A stretch of DNA of 64,000 nucleotides from Catajapyx aquilonaris (Eukaryota). Made by a program: the position numbers and the translations under genes. The notes beneath the pieces are model-generated. The model was not told the DNA's origin. It saw only the letters and a list, made by a program, of their open reading frames with translations, and did no database searches. Each line of letters starts with the position of its first letter. Position 1 is the first letter of the stretch. The stretch lies in the NCBI GenBank assembly GCA_000934665.2, contig KZ538248.1, positions 1 to 64,000 on the forward strand, given 5' to 3'. Positions 38,008 through 51,161 of this stretch are shown piece after piece.

Positions 38008-40338
38008 GTAAGTAGCCTACATGCACAGTACTGTATAGTAGTGTCATCGCTATAGTCATGATCATGTACAGCTCATACCCAGATCAATTGATAGGTTTGG
38101 GTCTGTGGTGGAACCGTGATTGTTATTAACGATATGTGACATGTGCGCATCACTTGCCACAAAATTGGTCATCCATGGAGTCAGATGAATTGATAAAAAC
38201 TGATAGTGCCAGATTTGCTGGCTGAAAATTACGTTGAAAATGGGGCTGATTTGTAAAAACTTCTGATTAACTCGCTTTTAAAGTAATCAAATTTCTGATA
38301 TAAAAATCCCTGCTATTGATGAAGACAAATATTTGTGCATTAATAATGTGCAATTACCTGGTGCTGTTCTGCCGCTAGGTTTAAACGTGACCTATGCACT
38401 AGGAAGAAATAGGCTTTTCCTATATTCGCTCGAATTGGAACCTCATGGAGGACGGATAAATGTCAATATATTACATGGTTGCGACACGTTTTGTTGACTT
38501 TTGGTTATTCTTGCCGTCTTGTGTTTGAGAGAGCTCTCGCGGGGCAGCCAAGATTGATGCGAGGCTTTGGATTAAGTCCGGGTATACATCAATATTGGTC
38601 CAGCAACCAGTGTTTGAACAGGAAAGAAGGGTCTTGTTACTCGGAAGGCCTCATTTCTTAATATTGCGTCAATTTTCTGATGCTATTTTTGCATAGATTG
38701 GTCTAAGGTTATTTTCGTTCCAACTTGGCCTCAAATTATTGTATCTGACTTGCCAGGGTCACGTGTAGGGATTGCGAACAGAAAGTTTATTCCGGCTAGC
38801 TTCCACCGAGGCTTCCATAGAATTTAAACAAGCAGCGTAGTGTCCCAACAGGCCCTCTGCGTCCATGATTCAGTGACTCACCCTGTATACGTAAGACTAC
38901 AAGTAGTTAATGATTCATCATTGCCAGTTCGTAGATTTCCCTGGACAGTAAAACCATCATTAGGAAAACCTTCAAGTGTAAAGTTTACAATTGCTCCCGA
39001 CTTTTAATCTTTAGATCCTAATCTTATTGTCATAATCACACAATATGACTGGCATAAACCATGATTAATTAGCAAGGCGCAAGATTTTCTTCCTCCTGGA
39101 GAGTTCGAGTCAACAGCAAAGTTTGCCCATTAACCGAGGAAGGAAAAAGCTGGTATATGTGAATGATTTTAAATGGAGGAGATTATTTCCCATTTCGTTT
39201 TTCGAGAATTACTCATTTCGAACACTACGTCATTGTCTCCCCCTGCATTCATTAAATGGGGGCCGTGTCAAGCAGGATCGATTTCAGCCCGTGTTGGTCA
39301 GGTTTATTGTTAACGAGGTGTTCATTAAGAGTCCCTTTTGAGTGCAACATTGTGAAGAGAAAGAGTCGTAATGCTATTGAACTCTTTCATGTGGAAATGA
39401 CTATTTCGGCGAAGTGTTTCATATTCCGGTAGCAGTCCCCAGCAAAAAGGGACTTACATCCATCGTGTATTATGTAAAACGGAGATTGCTTGAATGTCTT
39501 TTTTTTTGTTTAATTTTTAGCACGTTGAACCGCAAACCCCCGCGAAACAAAGTGTTAAAAATTCAAGCACGCCGTAAGCGACAAGCATGACTTTGATAAG
39601 CCCGTAAGCTGCTGCTGGGAATTAATTATTACTCAAGTACTTGGAGGTTAAACCGGGGCCAAGCATTCACATTGTAAATCCCAGGGATTGCAACTTTCAT
39701 GCTGGGTTGCCCCAGCAGGCACAATATCAGGTCGAGGAGTATCTCAAATAGATCATTAAGCCAAACGGCGACCGGTCCCAAAGCTTAATGGTTCATTCAT
39801 TCCTAGCTAATGTGATTGGCCACCATTGCACGTGATGATGTAATCGAGAATTATCCATCCCTGCATGCGCTCCCCCAACTGGCGATGATCCAAAACATTA
39901 ACATCCATAGACCTCCGACCATATTTTGCAGGATTTATCAGTCATGGGCGTTGCAAAAAAGTGGGAGTGGTGGTTAGAGGGGGAGAGGGGTTTATAGCTG
40001 GTGGGGTAGTTTGTAAATATATGACGTTGAGATTTCGAGCTGGGGGGGAAAAAATGGCGTGACGTGAATTTGCGAGCAGAATCCGCGCGAGAGAAAAATC
40101 GGCCAGATCAGAGGGCTGCCATATGACGTCACTGAAATAGGAGATGATGTGATCTTGTGATGTCACGTGACAAATTTACTCTACCTCAGTGAAAGTGACA
40201 TACGCAATCGATCTGGTGTTTATATTTTCTGAAAAGAATGTTTTCCCTATTTTCATCCAACATTTATATCATATAAAACTCATTTTATTTGCGACACAAT
40301 ATTCAATCGAGGGTTATTACATGCCATGCCACATTCGA

Positions 40339-40485
40339 ACATTTACACCACCACCATTACTTTTGCAGTATTAAATTTTTTACGTTTAATACTGCAAAAG
40401 TGATGGTGGTGGTGTAAATGTACAATCCAATATATACCGTTCAAAATAGTCTATTTTGAACGGTATATATTGGATTGTACATTTA
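40339..40485. repeat. Two overlapping long palindromes
   Basis: 40339-40421 has 37-bp arms, one mismatch and a 9-nt loop. 40415-40485 has perfect 35-bp arms and a 1-nt spacer. Confidence 0.9.
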
Positions 40486-40487
40486 TC

Positions 40488-40493
40488 TTTATT
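40488..40493 (-). promoter_or_regulatory. Candidate polyadenylation signal (AATAAA) of the Aurora gene
   Basis: TTTATT on the + strand, about 155 nt downstream of the Aurora stop codon. Confidence 0.55.
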
Positions 40494-40648
40494 CTTTACA
40501 TTGGACTGTATTGATGATACAATCACTGGATATTAACTAGGTACTAAGACGAACGTATAACTTAGGATGTAAAGGTTCATTTCAAATATAATTAATGCCT
40601 CGCTGCATTATCTAGCGAGACATGAATGTTTTTCAATTTCCATGGTCT

Positions 40649-42500
40649 TTACTCCTCAGAACTAACGACAATTTGGAAAGTCGAATTGAACTTGACCCAA
40701 GGGTGGGCCTGAACATCAGCCAGTGACATACGCTTTTCAGGATCAATCTGAAGCAGCTGCAAAGAAGCGCAGTTATTAATTCGCTCTGTCTCAGATTCGG
40801 TGGCAATTAATAAGTAATAAGTCAATGCAGATTATCCCTGATCAAGAGCTGTCCCTATATATAGACAATGGTCATGATGCGACTCATTATGAACCATCCT
40901 GTATAACCTACCTTACTAATTAGGTCCTTGGCACCATCGGTTAAGTGCCTCGGAAACTTATAGTCCAGATTCACAATCTTCTTGAAGGTAGCGGTTTGCT
41001 CTTTTGTCTCAAATGGTGTGTACCCAACTAGCATCTCGTAGCAAAGCACTCCAAGACACCACAAGTCCACCCGATATGTGTATGTTCCCTGCTTGATCAT
41101 TTCTGGCGGTATGTAGTCCTGTGTCCCACATATTGTATCTCGCCTGAAAATCGTGATAGTCAAATCATGTTGTGTTTTTAATGTGCCACATTATATTCAC
41201 CTGGACGTAGGAGCATGGATTGAAGAACCAAAATCAGCTATCTTCACCTCGCCTCTCAGTCCAATCAAAAGATTTTCAGGCTTGATGTCCCGATGAATAA
41301 CACCCTTCGAGTGGCAGTACTCTAGAGCACTTGCCACTTGAGACATGTACGTTGCCGCCCTGAAACATATATACATGTTAAGAAGGTTCACAATATTAAT
41401 AATGCTGGGTGTCACCTTTTCTCGTCGAAACGTTTCAATTGACGCAATTCCGTAAATATTTCGCCCCCGGCAGCATACTCCAACACCAGGAAGACTCTCT
41501 TCTCATCGTGAAACATGGTATGCATTTTCAAAATATTGGGATGTCTGTAATTAGATTGTCATTAATATTTGGTTATGTTTTAGTCGCGACCAATAAATAA
41601 ATTAGCATCATTTCCCATCCAGCCAATTTCAACAGGGATATGGATCAGCTATTTGACGACAGCATGTAGGGTAATTGGCAGAATACATATCGTGAGCATA
41701 CAAGTGAAATCCATTGTCCAAAAAAAAAAGTTACAGTATAATCGAATGCAAAAAATTTGACCTTGCACTTGCTTAAATATAAAATATAGACAAAATCATG
41801 TCTTGCAGGCTCATTATTAATATTCTGGACTCCATATCGCCAGAGCAAAATGCTACCTATTGGTGAAAACCGCCAAATTGGGACATTACATGGATTTCAC
41901 TTGTATGGCCACGATTTCATCACGTGCAAGAAAAAGCAAACCTTAAACTTACTGCAAACCTCCCTGGATTTCGACTTCACGTAGCAGTTGATGTTCAACA
42001 CCATTCTTGATCATCTGACTCTTGAACATAATTTTGAGAGCACATACGTATTGGGTTTTCTTCTCCCTGGCCAGGTACACTCGGCCGAACTTTCCTCGGC
42101 CAAGGGGTTTTCCAATCTCGAAGTCTGACAACTTCCAATCACGCCTGAAAGGACAAGACTCGATTGACTTCATGTATAGCAATGAAATTCTCTCTATGCT
42201 GTCATGACAAGTACCGGTACATTGTGACTTGCCTAATAGTGGACAATTAGACCATTTTGCATGCAGTACTGTACAAGTGTCCAAAAATGCGATAAAAAAG
42301 GTTCATGCTCGTTACCATGTTTTCGTCTGCTTCTTCGCCGATTCACACTTTTTGAAGCTGGCGCTGGCGGTAGCAACGGGCTGTTGAGGTAGTGCGGTTT
42401 GATCGTTGTCGCTGGTCGTGTCCTTTTTGATAGAAATGGGCGGTGGCTGGATACCTTTCAATGGGACCCTCTTGTTTCGGATCCTCCGGGAAGGCTCCAT
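40649..42500 (-). CDS. aurB: Aurora kinase (Aurora B/C-like), 6 coding exons, 334 aa, nested antisense in the LNX intron
   Basis: Exons 42500-42316, 42144-41953, 41544-41416, 41359-41201, 41143-40912 and 40756-40649 total 1005 nt, with all GT-AG introns and a continuous frame. Motifs: [80 protein letters not shown]. In-frame TAG upstream of the ATG. The B-type call rests on DLWC and on a Thr at the Aurora A G198/Aurora B N142 position. Confidence 0.93.
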
Positions 42501-43190
42501 CCTGGTAACGACCTAACCTCCAACTGAAAGGTATTGCAACTGACCTGTTCTCAGGAAAAAAAATATCTATACATGCCTGTATTTGTATGCAGTACTTGGC
42601 AAATGGGGCACTGCAAGTTACCTTCATGTATCTAGGGGAAAATAGGCGAGGTCATTGGAAGTCAGATTTTACCTCAATTGTCCCATTTCTGTGTGTAAGC
42701 CCAGTCGAGGAGTGTTTGTATAGTACAGACTATTGAGTATAGGGGACTCTCGGCATACCTGGGTTAAAATGGATCGTTTCCGGTACGACTTCCCTTGCTC
42801 GCATGTATTTATAATAGTTCATCACAGTTCGCATCTGATAATTTGCTTAGTGTGGGGGACTAGGGGATGGGCCAGAATAGAGGGGGTATAACGTATCCTC
42901 CCCGTTACTCTCCCGATTGCAATTATGCGTGATGTGCTGTTGGAGCAGTATTTCATGGGACATTTACATTCTGCGCAATTTATGATGGAACGCTCGCATA
43001 GGTTCGTACACGTTGTAAATTGCATCAGGAGTGGAGTTGCCTGCACGAGTTGAATAAAGGGCTGAGGAGAAGGAGGGACTGGGGATGAATAATCCGGTGC
43101 AGACGGGTATGTTTTCGCTAGTAACATCTAAGTGTAGGGTTTTGAATTGCAAATAAGGAGTCGTTTGGAAACTTTAAAGTGCGGCTCGTA

Positions 43191-43468
43191 CAGTGTTGGA
43201 CATTAATCGCGTCATACTGCTCGCGACATATTCTGATGCGGCAGAAGTTAACATCGAAGTGACTCATAGAGTGTGAGCTGTGCGAGTATGAAGAGGTAGG
43301 CCTTGAGTGACGTCAAAGGCTGTCGGCTGAGGGGCAATGGAGAGCCAGTGACGTCACCCAAGGGCTACCATTTCTTACTCGAACGGCTCGCATTCTATCA
43401 CTTCGATTTGCAGGGCTGCCGCACCGGAAAATGTCGTTAGCATTATGACGGAATTAATGTCAGCACTG
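43191..43468. mobile_element. MITE family A, full length, opposite internal orientation
   Basis: TA|CAGTGTTGGACATTAATCGCGTC ... ATTAATGTCAGCACTG|TA. Confidence 0.88.
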
Positions 43469-44831
43469 TACTGTACACACTGTGTACACATTTACGTATT
43501 TTAGTGCTATGTAACCATCATGAACACACTATATGGAAAAATTCGAAACTTGTAAAAATCCGAGTATACTTAGCTAGTGTACCGTCTGCATTTGCCCTAT
43601 AGAATGTTTTTGACATATAGCGCCAGTTGAACTTTAATGACTGCATTTCGGTGCCGTTGGGTATTGCTGGCGGGCAATTTTTTTCCCCGAGCTTTGTATA
43701 CGCTCAATTGCGAATGCTTTCAGTGTAGTGTAAAGCTTACTCCCGAATGGATTCTATGAACTCTATGCTCTGCGGGGAAGCTAGAGTAATTGGGGGAGCT
43801 CGTGATTAATATCTTTCCGTACACCATTTCACGCGCTGGGACCGACTCCAAGTCGACAAGAAACGAGAGAAATGTCAGCCCAGGTCCCACAGCCCATTTC
43901 TTTCGGGTTTGTTCGCCATTAAGAGGAAAAGGAACCAATCCAAGGCCCCGAGATGAAGAGGCCTCAGTCTCAGATGAGGCCTTCCCGAGTGGATTGCTGG
44001 CTCCTTTCCGACAGAGATCCTCTTGACACACCTAATCTACTCCCAGGTTCCTACAAACTTTGCCCTCGCACCTTTCAGCAATAACGAAGCAACCCGAACC
44101 CCGATGGACTGGAGGTGGTTTATTTCACACTAGGAGGCGGGTGTGATGTGGAGCCATCTGTGATTTTTTCTTTAAGTGAAGATGTTGCTAAGGCGAGCTA
44201 TGTTGGAATTGTTCAGATTGCACGGCTAACGTCTAGCCTTTATGTAACTCCTCCAGTGCCATTAGCACTGTACGGTCAGCAGCGGCATCCAGGCAATTCG
44301 AGACCTTCAGAGACGTCCAGCAAAATCCGCTGTTCTCATCTCAAACTTCCATTCCGGAATACTTCAGGGGGCGCCGAGCTGTCAGCCCGCAGCCTCCAAC
44401 TGCCCAGAAAATTGCGAATCCTCCCATCCACCACCTCCAACTCCGACCTCTCAGCTCTCTCATTTCACTGTCAGCCATTTAATTAATATATAAGCCTATA
44501 AAGCAAGGCTGTCGCCGCCTGTTTCTCTTTCTGTAGTTCGCGGGCAAAATTCGCGTTCAGGATGAATCCAGGAGAAGGTGAAGATCTTAGACATGAGCTG
44601 GGGAGAATGGATGAGGTGAGAATGGGGACGAAATGCAGTCGTTGTAATTAAGTCTGACGGATGCTAGAGGGTGGGCTTAAAGAAGGCACTTATCTGGATT
44701 TACCAGAGCTGAGTTTAGGCCTGAGAGTCGCCTGGGTTATGAAGAAATGAGCCTACTTGTGACATAATTGCAGGGTCACTGGGCTCACAATTGTCTCATC
44801 TCTAGAATTCTATATCGTAACATGTACTGTA

Positions 44832-45096
44832 CAGTATTGGACATTAATCGCGTCGTACTGCTAGCGATATTTTTCGATGCGGCAGACGTGCAAATCGAAG
44901 TGCGAGTCGTGCGAGTAAGAAATGGTAGCCCTTGGGTGACGTCACTGGCTGGGGACAAGCCTTGTCTCCATTGCCCCCCAGCCGGTGACGTCACTCAAGG
45001 CCTACTTCTTCTTACTCGCACGGATCACTTCGATTTGCACGTCTGCCGCATCGGAAAATGTCGCTAGCAATATAACGCGATTAATGTCCAACACTG
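44832..45096. mobile_element. MITE family A, full length
   Basis: TA|CAGTATTGGACATTAATCGCGT ... ACGCGATTAATGTCCAACACTG|TA. Confidence 0.9.
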
Positions 45097-48000
45097 TACG
45101 TCATTAGGAACTCGTAAAATCACTTGTCTGGTTATCACACCAGCCAGCCGATTACGTTGAAAAATTATGCTGTAGTTGTTTTAAGCACATGGACAAGTTA
45201 AATATTTCGGGGTTTTTGGACCGATGGTCCGCAGGCGAGAGATTTTAGCAAATGCCCTAGCCCTTTTTGCCACATGGCGATGTAGGGGTTGATTGTTACT
45301 CATGCAGCTGTAAACACGTTGAATTATTGCTTGGATTTAACGTGCGAGGCAGGTTTTCATGGCTGGAGGTTTTATATATACGCCGGGTCCCAAATTAGTA
45401 CACCGACGCTAGTGGATGTCACGAAAATGGCGCTGGGGAAGCGCGGAAGAGAAAAGCGGGAGGGCGGAAAAGTTTGATAAAAAATTAATCCCGAGCCATT
45501 ATAGTTACACCTCTACCCGACCCCATGAACCCTCGGCGCATCCCGGACTGTCAAGCGAGCGGCATAAAACTTCATTAGGCGAGGTAAAATTTCGGAAATT
45601 TCAGACTATACGGGAGAAAAGGTTGTGTGTGTGCTGGGCAAAAGCAAGGAAATGGCTGCGAGCGAAACTACGGTATTGCATTTCTCTCGGTTTTTCGAGG
45701 GTTGAAGGTCCACTTCGGAGACCCCCGGGGTGGTCCATTAGCAAGGCTGGCGAGTTGTACCTTTCTGATGTCTCCAGTTTTTTTTTTTTTTTGTGGAGCA
45801 TTGTCTCTGATGGGACACATGATATTTTATAACCTATATGGCTTCATTTTCGGTAGATATTGCGATAGTCTGTCAGAACCATATGGTCATGATAGCTGGA
45901 AAGTTCTGAGAACGAACACTTCTAATTTCTTTCCAGTCGGCAATCAAGAATAACTGCTGGGTGATTGTTACAAAGGGCTCCTTATTACATATAGGATGTT
46001 GGAATCCTGTCATAATGAATTGCGCACCGGATGATCCTAATGCTCAGGGGAAGAGGGGTGCAGAAAGCTAAGGGAAAGCTGGCAGGACTATATGCACGTT
46101 TAAAGTTCAACGGGCTCCTAATCCTTTCCTGGAATGATTTATTTTTCAGCGATATATTGCAAATGTGCACTCAGCTGTAATTGCCGCCTTTGGACGGACT
46201 TACTACTGTGTAACCTATATTTTGGAGGATATGATGCAATTCCAGGAGCTTGCCAAATTAGACCATAACCAACAGCTCACTGATTACTCTAGTACAACTT
46301 TTCCCCTAATTATGCCATTATTCCCCTCCTCCTTTCTCCGGATCTCTCTGGTCCAGGCTGGGAATTGCTTGGACTAGTTCCTTGTCAGCCGTCATTACAG
46401 TTCCGGGCAAGTCCTCCGCATTTGACACGAGAGGTGGTGAAGTAACCAAAGGACCCCGTCCTTATACCCCTCTCTAGGAACACAGGACGTCGCATAACCC
46501 CCGCGTCATTACGGTTATCACTTTGTAATTTGCATATTTTGCGTTAGGGGTTGGGAAAGAGGGTACAATTTGTTCCAAAGTACTCCTCCTCAGGGGGGGA
46601 GGCTTTATCCGGGTTCTGACAAGACCCGGAGATAAGCTGGAGGGCCCTGGGGCTATGCGGCGCGGAGATTGAGCCAGACCTTCGCAACTGTTCCGAGTGC
46701 ACAATTGAGTTAAGTTTGGAGGTCCTTTGGAACAACAGTGGGATACAAAATAAAGGGGGTGTAAATGGCCAGGTATAGTTTTTTTCAGTATATAGGGATT
46801 TTTGAGTTATTGGAGCAGTTTTGTGCAGGGGTTTGGTGATGTATGTGCGCATGAATTGGGTGTCGCGGGATGTTTTGTAAGGGGTGAAATATTTTGCGAC
46901 GCTTCTGGTATCGGACATGTTTATGCGGGATATTTATGGGGAGAATGGGGAAAAATGGATTTTTCTGGGCAAGCGAATATCCAATGTGGAAAACTGGATC
47001 AAGCTTGTCGTTTTACAATAGGGTATTGTATGTATTTGGTAGGTGCTGGCCGGTATACACGTCACAGAATTTTGACGGTAGTCTTTGAGATGACTGTTCC
47101 ATCTACGCCTTTAATCACCTGAGCTTCTGAAAGGGTAAGTTGGTGGATCAGGACAGCCACTCCGGAGGGCCTTCTCCGAAGCGCGAAGAGCAGGGGATGG
47201 CAGACAGCAATAAATCGGCATGGCTTCATAAACATATCAAACAATGTCAGGAAGAGGCGAGAAGGGGTTTTTTGGGAGGAAGGCGGGAAGAGATTATGAT
47301 GATGACGGATGTCTCCACCATTCGTTGGCTGTCTGCTTCGGCGGACTCGGCCGCCTTTTCTCCCCGGATTTACTTCGCGAGAGAGTGTCTGTCCCATTCC
47401 GGGGCCATTGATATTCACTCCCGTGTGACTGCATGGCTAATGCCGCTTGAATGGTAGAGTTTTGCTGCGACGTTTTGTCGTAACGTTTTGCAGTCACGAG
47501 AGAGATGACTTTGAAGCGACCGTGACATGTTTCTTGGATTTGGGCGACCCGGTTGTTATATGGGTGTGATGGTGACGCATGTAATGGCCGTTGCGAATTC
47601 GTGGCCAAGCAGCTGTTTAGTAGTAGGGGGACTAATTTGGTATAGTTAAATTATGATGCTGTTATTTTCAAACCCGAAAAATTTAGCTGTGTTGAAATTG
47701 TGGAATTTTCATGCGAATATAATTGGGCCTCTGCTTGGATCAAGAGATGGTAACACAGGCAGCAGTATTGTTGCGGAATGAAAGGCATTTTTGCAACTAA
47801 TTTCATGTCTTTTCACATGAGCTCACATAATTGGCTGGAGAGTACGTGTTCAACTTTGAAGCAAGTTAAGAGGATCTTGGGTTAACGAGGCTGTGCAATA
47901 GTATCCCACGAATTGTGAAGAACAGAAAATGTTGAGGGAAACTACGACCCATTCATAGCAAAACTTGAATTTTTTTTTTGCCCTTCAGGAGAAGGATTGA

Positions 48001-50287
48001 GCCATCCATCGTTCCATTGTGTTACCGAAGAATACAGAATGGAACAAAAGGGATCCACGGCCCTTATTTCACCAGAGTGATGCATTACTGACGTGCATTC
48101 ATTGCACCGGTCTCTCCCGGGGTTGCGGTTACGGGAAGCCATCACGCAAAAGGTCACGCATATCCGGAGTGCCCTGGCCCTGATACCCAATATGTGAAGA
48201 TATTCGGGGATGGCACATCCATGAAAATGAGTAGGCAGAAAGCCATTGTGCTTGTGTCAACAGGCTGCCAACAGCGTAACGGGTGCATCGCACAGGCTAT
48301 TTAACTTTGAGCCCGTAAAAAAAAAGTATATCCGGGGTGGGATCCGTCGATTTGTCAAGAGACCAGATGGCTTGGCGGAAAAATTGTTGCGGAGGACATA
48401 ACGTGGAATGGATAGCAAAACGACAGGGGATCCTTGAAGCTGAGCCTTCTTTGTCCCCGGCTAGTCCGCCGAAATTTATTAGTCGGCTTATGAAGTTTTC
48501 CTTCCGCTCAACCTGTCATTTGTCTGGAGCCTGTTGCCAGCTGCCGGCTTCATTGAATCGTTGAACGTGATAAATTAGGGCCGCGGGAGGTGTCCACAGC
48601 GGTGAGGTAGGGCGACAAAAATATAGGAAAATATCCACCCCCTTCTGATACGCAATCTGCAGTGGAAACAGCCTTTGTGGAATCGCATCATGTCCGCAGG
48701 CTGGCCAGACCCAGGTTCTTGGAGCAAAAGGGACAAAGGAAAACTACCCTGAAGGCATTCATCACTTTATGCGTCAATAGGTGGCGCCTCTGGAGGAGTG
48801 CTGACATCTACTGGTGGAGGAAGATTTTCTTGCTGATTCTAAAGCTACTTTTGCCACCCCCGCTGCTCATAATCACCAGTAATTACACTGAAATCGACTG
48901 AGAAGTTTGGGAGGACCATGCAATTTCCTGGCGATTACAGTACTCTTGAGCTTTTCCAGCGCAAAGTGTTTTCCTGGCTCCCTCTTAGTGATAAACCGGG
49001 GGGCATTAGGACAAATTTGCGCTGGCGAAGCAGATCCAGAAAAAGAGGGAGGGGGAAGGCGTGGGGAAAGAGGGAGAGGCGAGGGTGGTGAAAGCCCCTC
49101 CCCCGCCTGGTAGCATTAGGAAGCTTTCTTCATTAGGCCTCGTTTGCTGGGCAAATCCATCCAGTGCACGCACTAACCAAAAGCCATTTGCTCTTCTACT
49201 TTACGCCAGGACCGTCATTTACCAAGTCCGCTTGCTCCGGGAAACTGGTAGTAAGTAATTAACTTGTACTGCAGGCATGTGACACTGATTGAATATTTAA
49301 GGGATTTTGAGATGGTGCGTTCTGTTGGCTGGAGTCAGTGCAGCGGCGAGTTCCGTTGGCTGCAACCTGCCGGATTAAGCGCGCATGGTTTGATTTATAT
49401 TCGGATTCACCACATTTGCAATTTGCATGTCTGAATTGAACCGCAGTGCGAAATTTTGACTGGCCATTTTTTTTATGTTCGTAAAGCGAGAATCAAATGG
49501 AGCTTGAATCTGGAGGCAGCAATTATTGGAGACGAATCATCCACTCAACTGGCTGGATTGGAACGTATGATCGGAACCCCCCACCAACCAATTCTCTAGG
49601 GAATGAGAGCACGTCATTATCGGAGGTTGCTGGGGGTAGAGAGATGCAGTTTCCCCAGCCCTGCCACATGGCAGCAGCCATTTCGAATCACTGGATGCTT
49701 TATTACCCCAGGCTCCAGGCTTTAATATCACGCTTCGGCGCAACTTACAGACTCAGCTGATCTCAGCAATTCGCACCACCCTTTTTCTAATATTTTTTGG
49801 GGGTCCATTTTTTAACCGGTGGGCGAAAAAAGGAGGGGGGCTGAGTGGCGTAATAATGGGAGAAATATTTGGGCAGCTGGACATAATATTTTAGTTCGGC
49901 TTTGCGCTGAAGCGCCTGGTTTTTGCTCAAATGGAACGATGGGTGAAGCTACGTAAACTGCGAAGTCTGTTTGCATTGCATTTAAATGCCGTTATACGAT
50001 TTGCATGCAGGATGAGATGAAGGCAGCTGGGCGGCTATTTTTTTGCAGAAGTCGGCAGCCTACTTTACGACGTACTTTGCAGCACATGTGGATTTAAGCG
50101 CTGGTAGTCGCCATGATTTAATCCTTTAAGGCCGGCGGTTCCGATTTTATGTCATCTTTTTTTGCTTATATAATCGGAAAAGAGGTTATAATTTTAGGTT
50201 CAGTGTAACGTCCTGGTCCGTTAAATCACTTAAACCCCATCTACCAGCTCGCGGCTTGGAATAACTTATGGTCCTTTTCCGTTACAG

Positions 50288-50380
50288 GTTGTTAGAAAAA
50301 CTGACCGTCAGCTGCCCCAACGTTGAAGTCTGCAACGCTGTGATTCCTCGAGGAGACCTAGGAGATCACTTGGAATACAG
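50288..50380 (+). CDS. LNX: LNX-like coding exon 2 (post-RING zinc finger); absent from the ORF track
   Basis: Acceptor CCTTTTCCGTTACAG|G, phase 2, reads (K)LLEKLTVSCPNVEVCNAVIPRGDLGDHLEY(R). This matches the LNX pattern LLDKL.V.CP....C.....R.DL..HL..RCP. Donor AG|GTAAGC. Confidence 0.9.
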
Positions 50381-51057
50381 GTAAGCACGATACTGCGCCA
50401 AACTCTAACCTTAACCTACATCTGCCTAATTCCGGTAATAGTCTGGGATTAGCTTTCCCTTCTTTGTGCCTCATTGTAACGATCCAAGAAACCGAGTTGC
50501 AGGGTATATAGGTCCTAGACCCCTGAGGAAGGCTCCTAAATTAATTACCATCACTTGGATCATTATCATTAACGTAAAGGAGGTCTATAGGCTTAGCCTG
50601 GGGGTGCTTAAATGGATTAAGATATAAAATGAGCACGTGTACGGGGGATTTTGAAGGCTTGCCTCTAGGATAATGAACTAGAATTTATACCTCCGAGTGC
50701 GCTTTTGTTCCCGGTCTTATCCACGTTTTATGAGTTTGTTTTTTTGGGAAGTCAAGCACTTGTGCGGTTTGCACATTAGTGCTTGTTTGTTTTTATCCTG
50801 TTGTTGCTGAGTTTGTTGGTATTCTAGAATCGTAATCTTCCGTCCACATTTAATTAGCAAAAAGTTGGCGTTGTGCATTTTCGAGGCAGTTTCGCGCTGG
50901 TTTTATTGTTCCAGAACGAGCTGTGTTAGTTGAAGATAACCCACATGCTGCCATGCTACCATTGTCAGATGCAAGGCGCGTTTTAAAAATTCAGCACTTA
51001 ATGCGCGACCCGTGACACTTTTGCGAATTAATTCTCCCGATTCATGTGGGTAGCGAC

Positions 51058-51161
51058 ATACGTATATATCTGATATTGTACGTATATGTACATATGTACG
51101 TTATAATTATGTATAGCTGATATACGTATACGTATAGCTGATATTACGTATACGTACAGCT
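51058..51161. repeat. Low-complexity TA/TACGTA degenerate repeat
   Basis: Repeated ATACGTAT and ATAGCTGATAT units. Confidence 0.7.
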
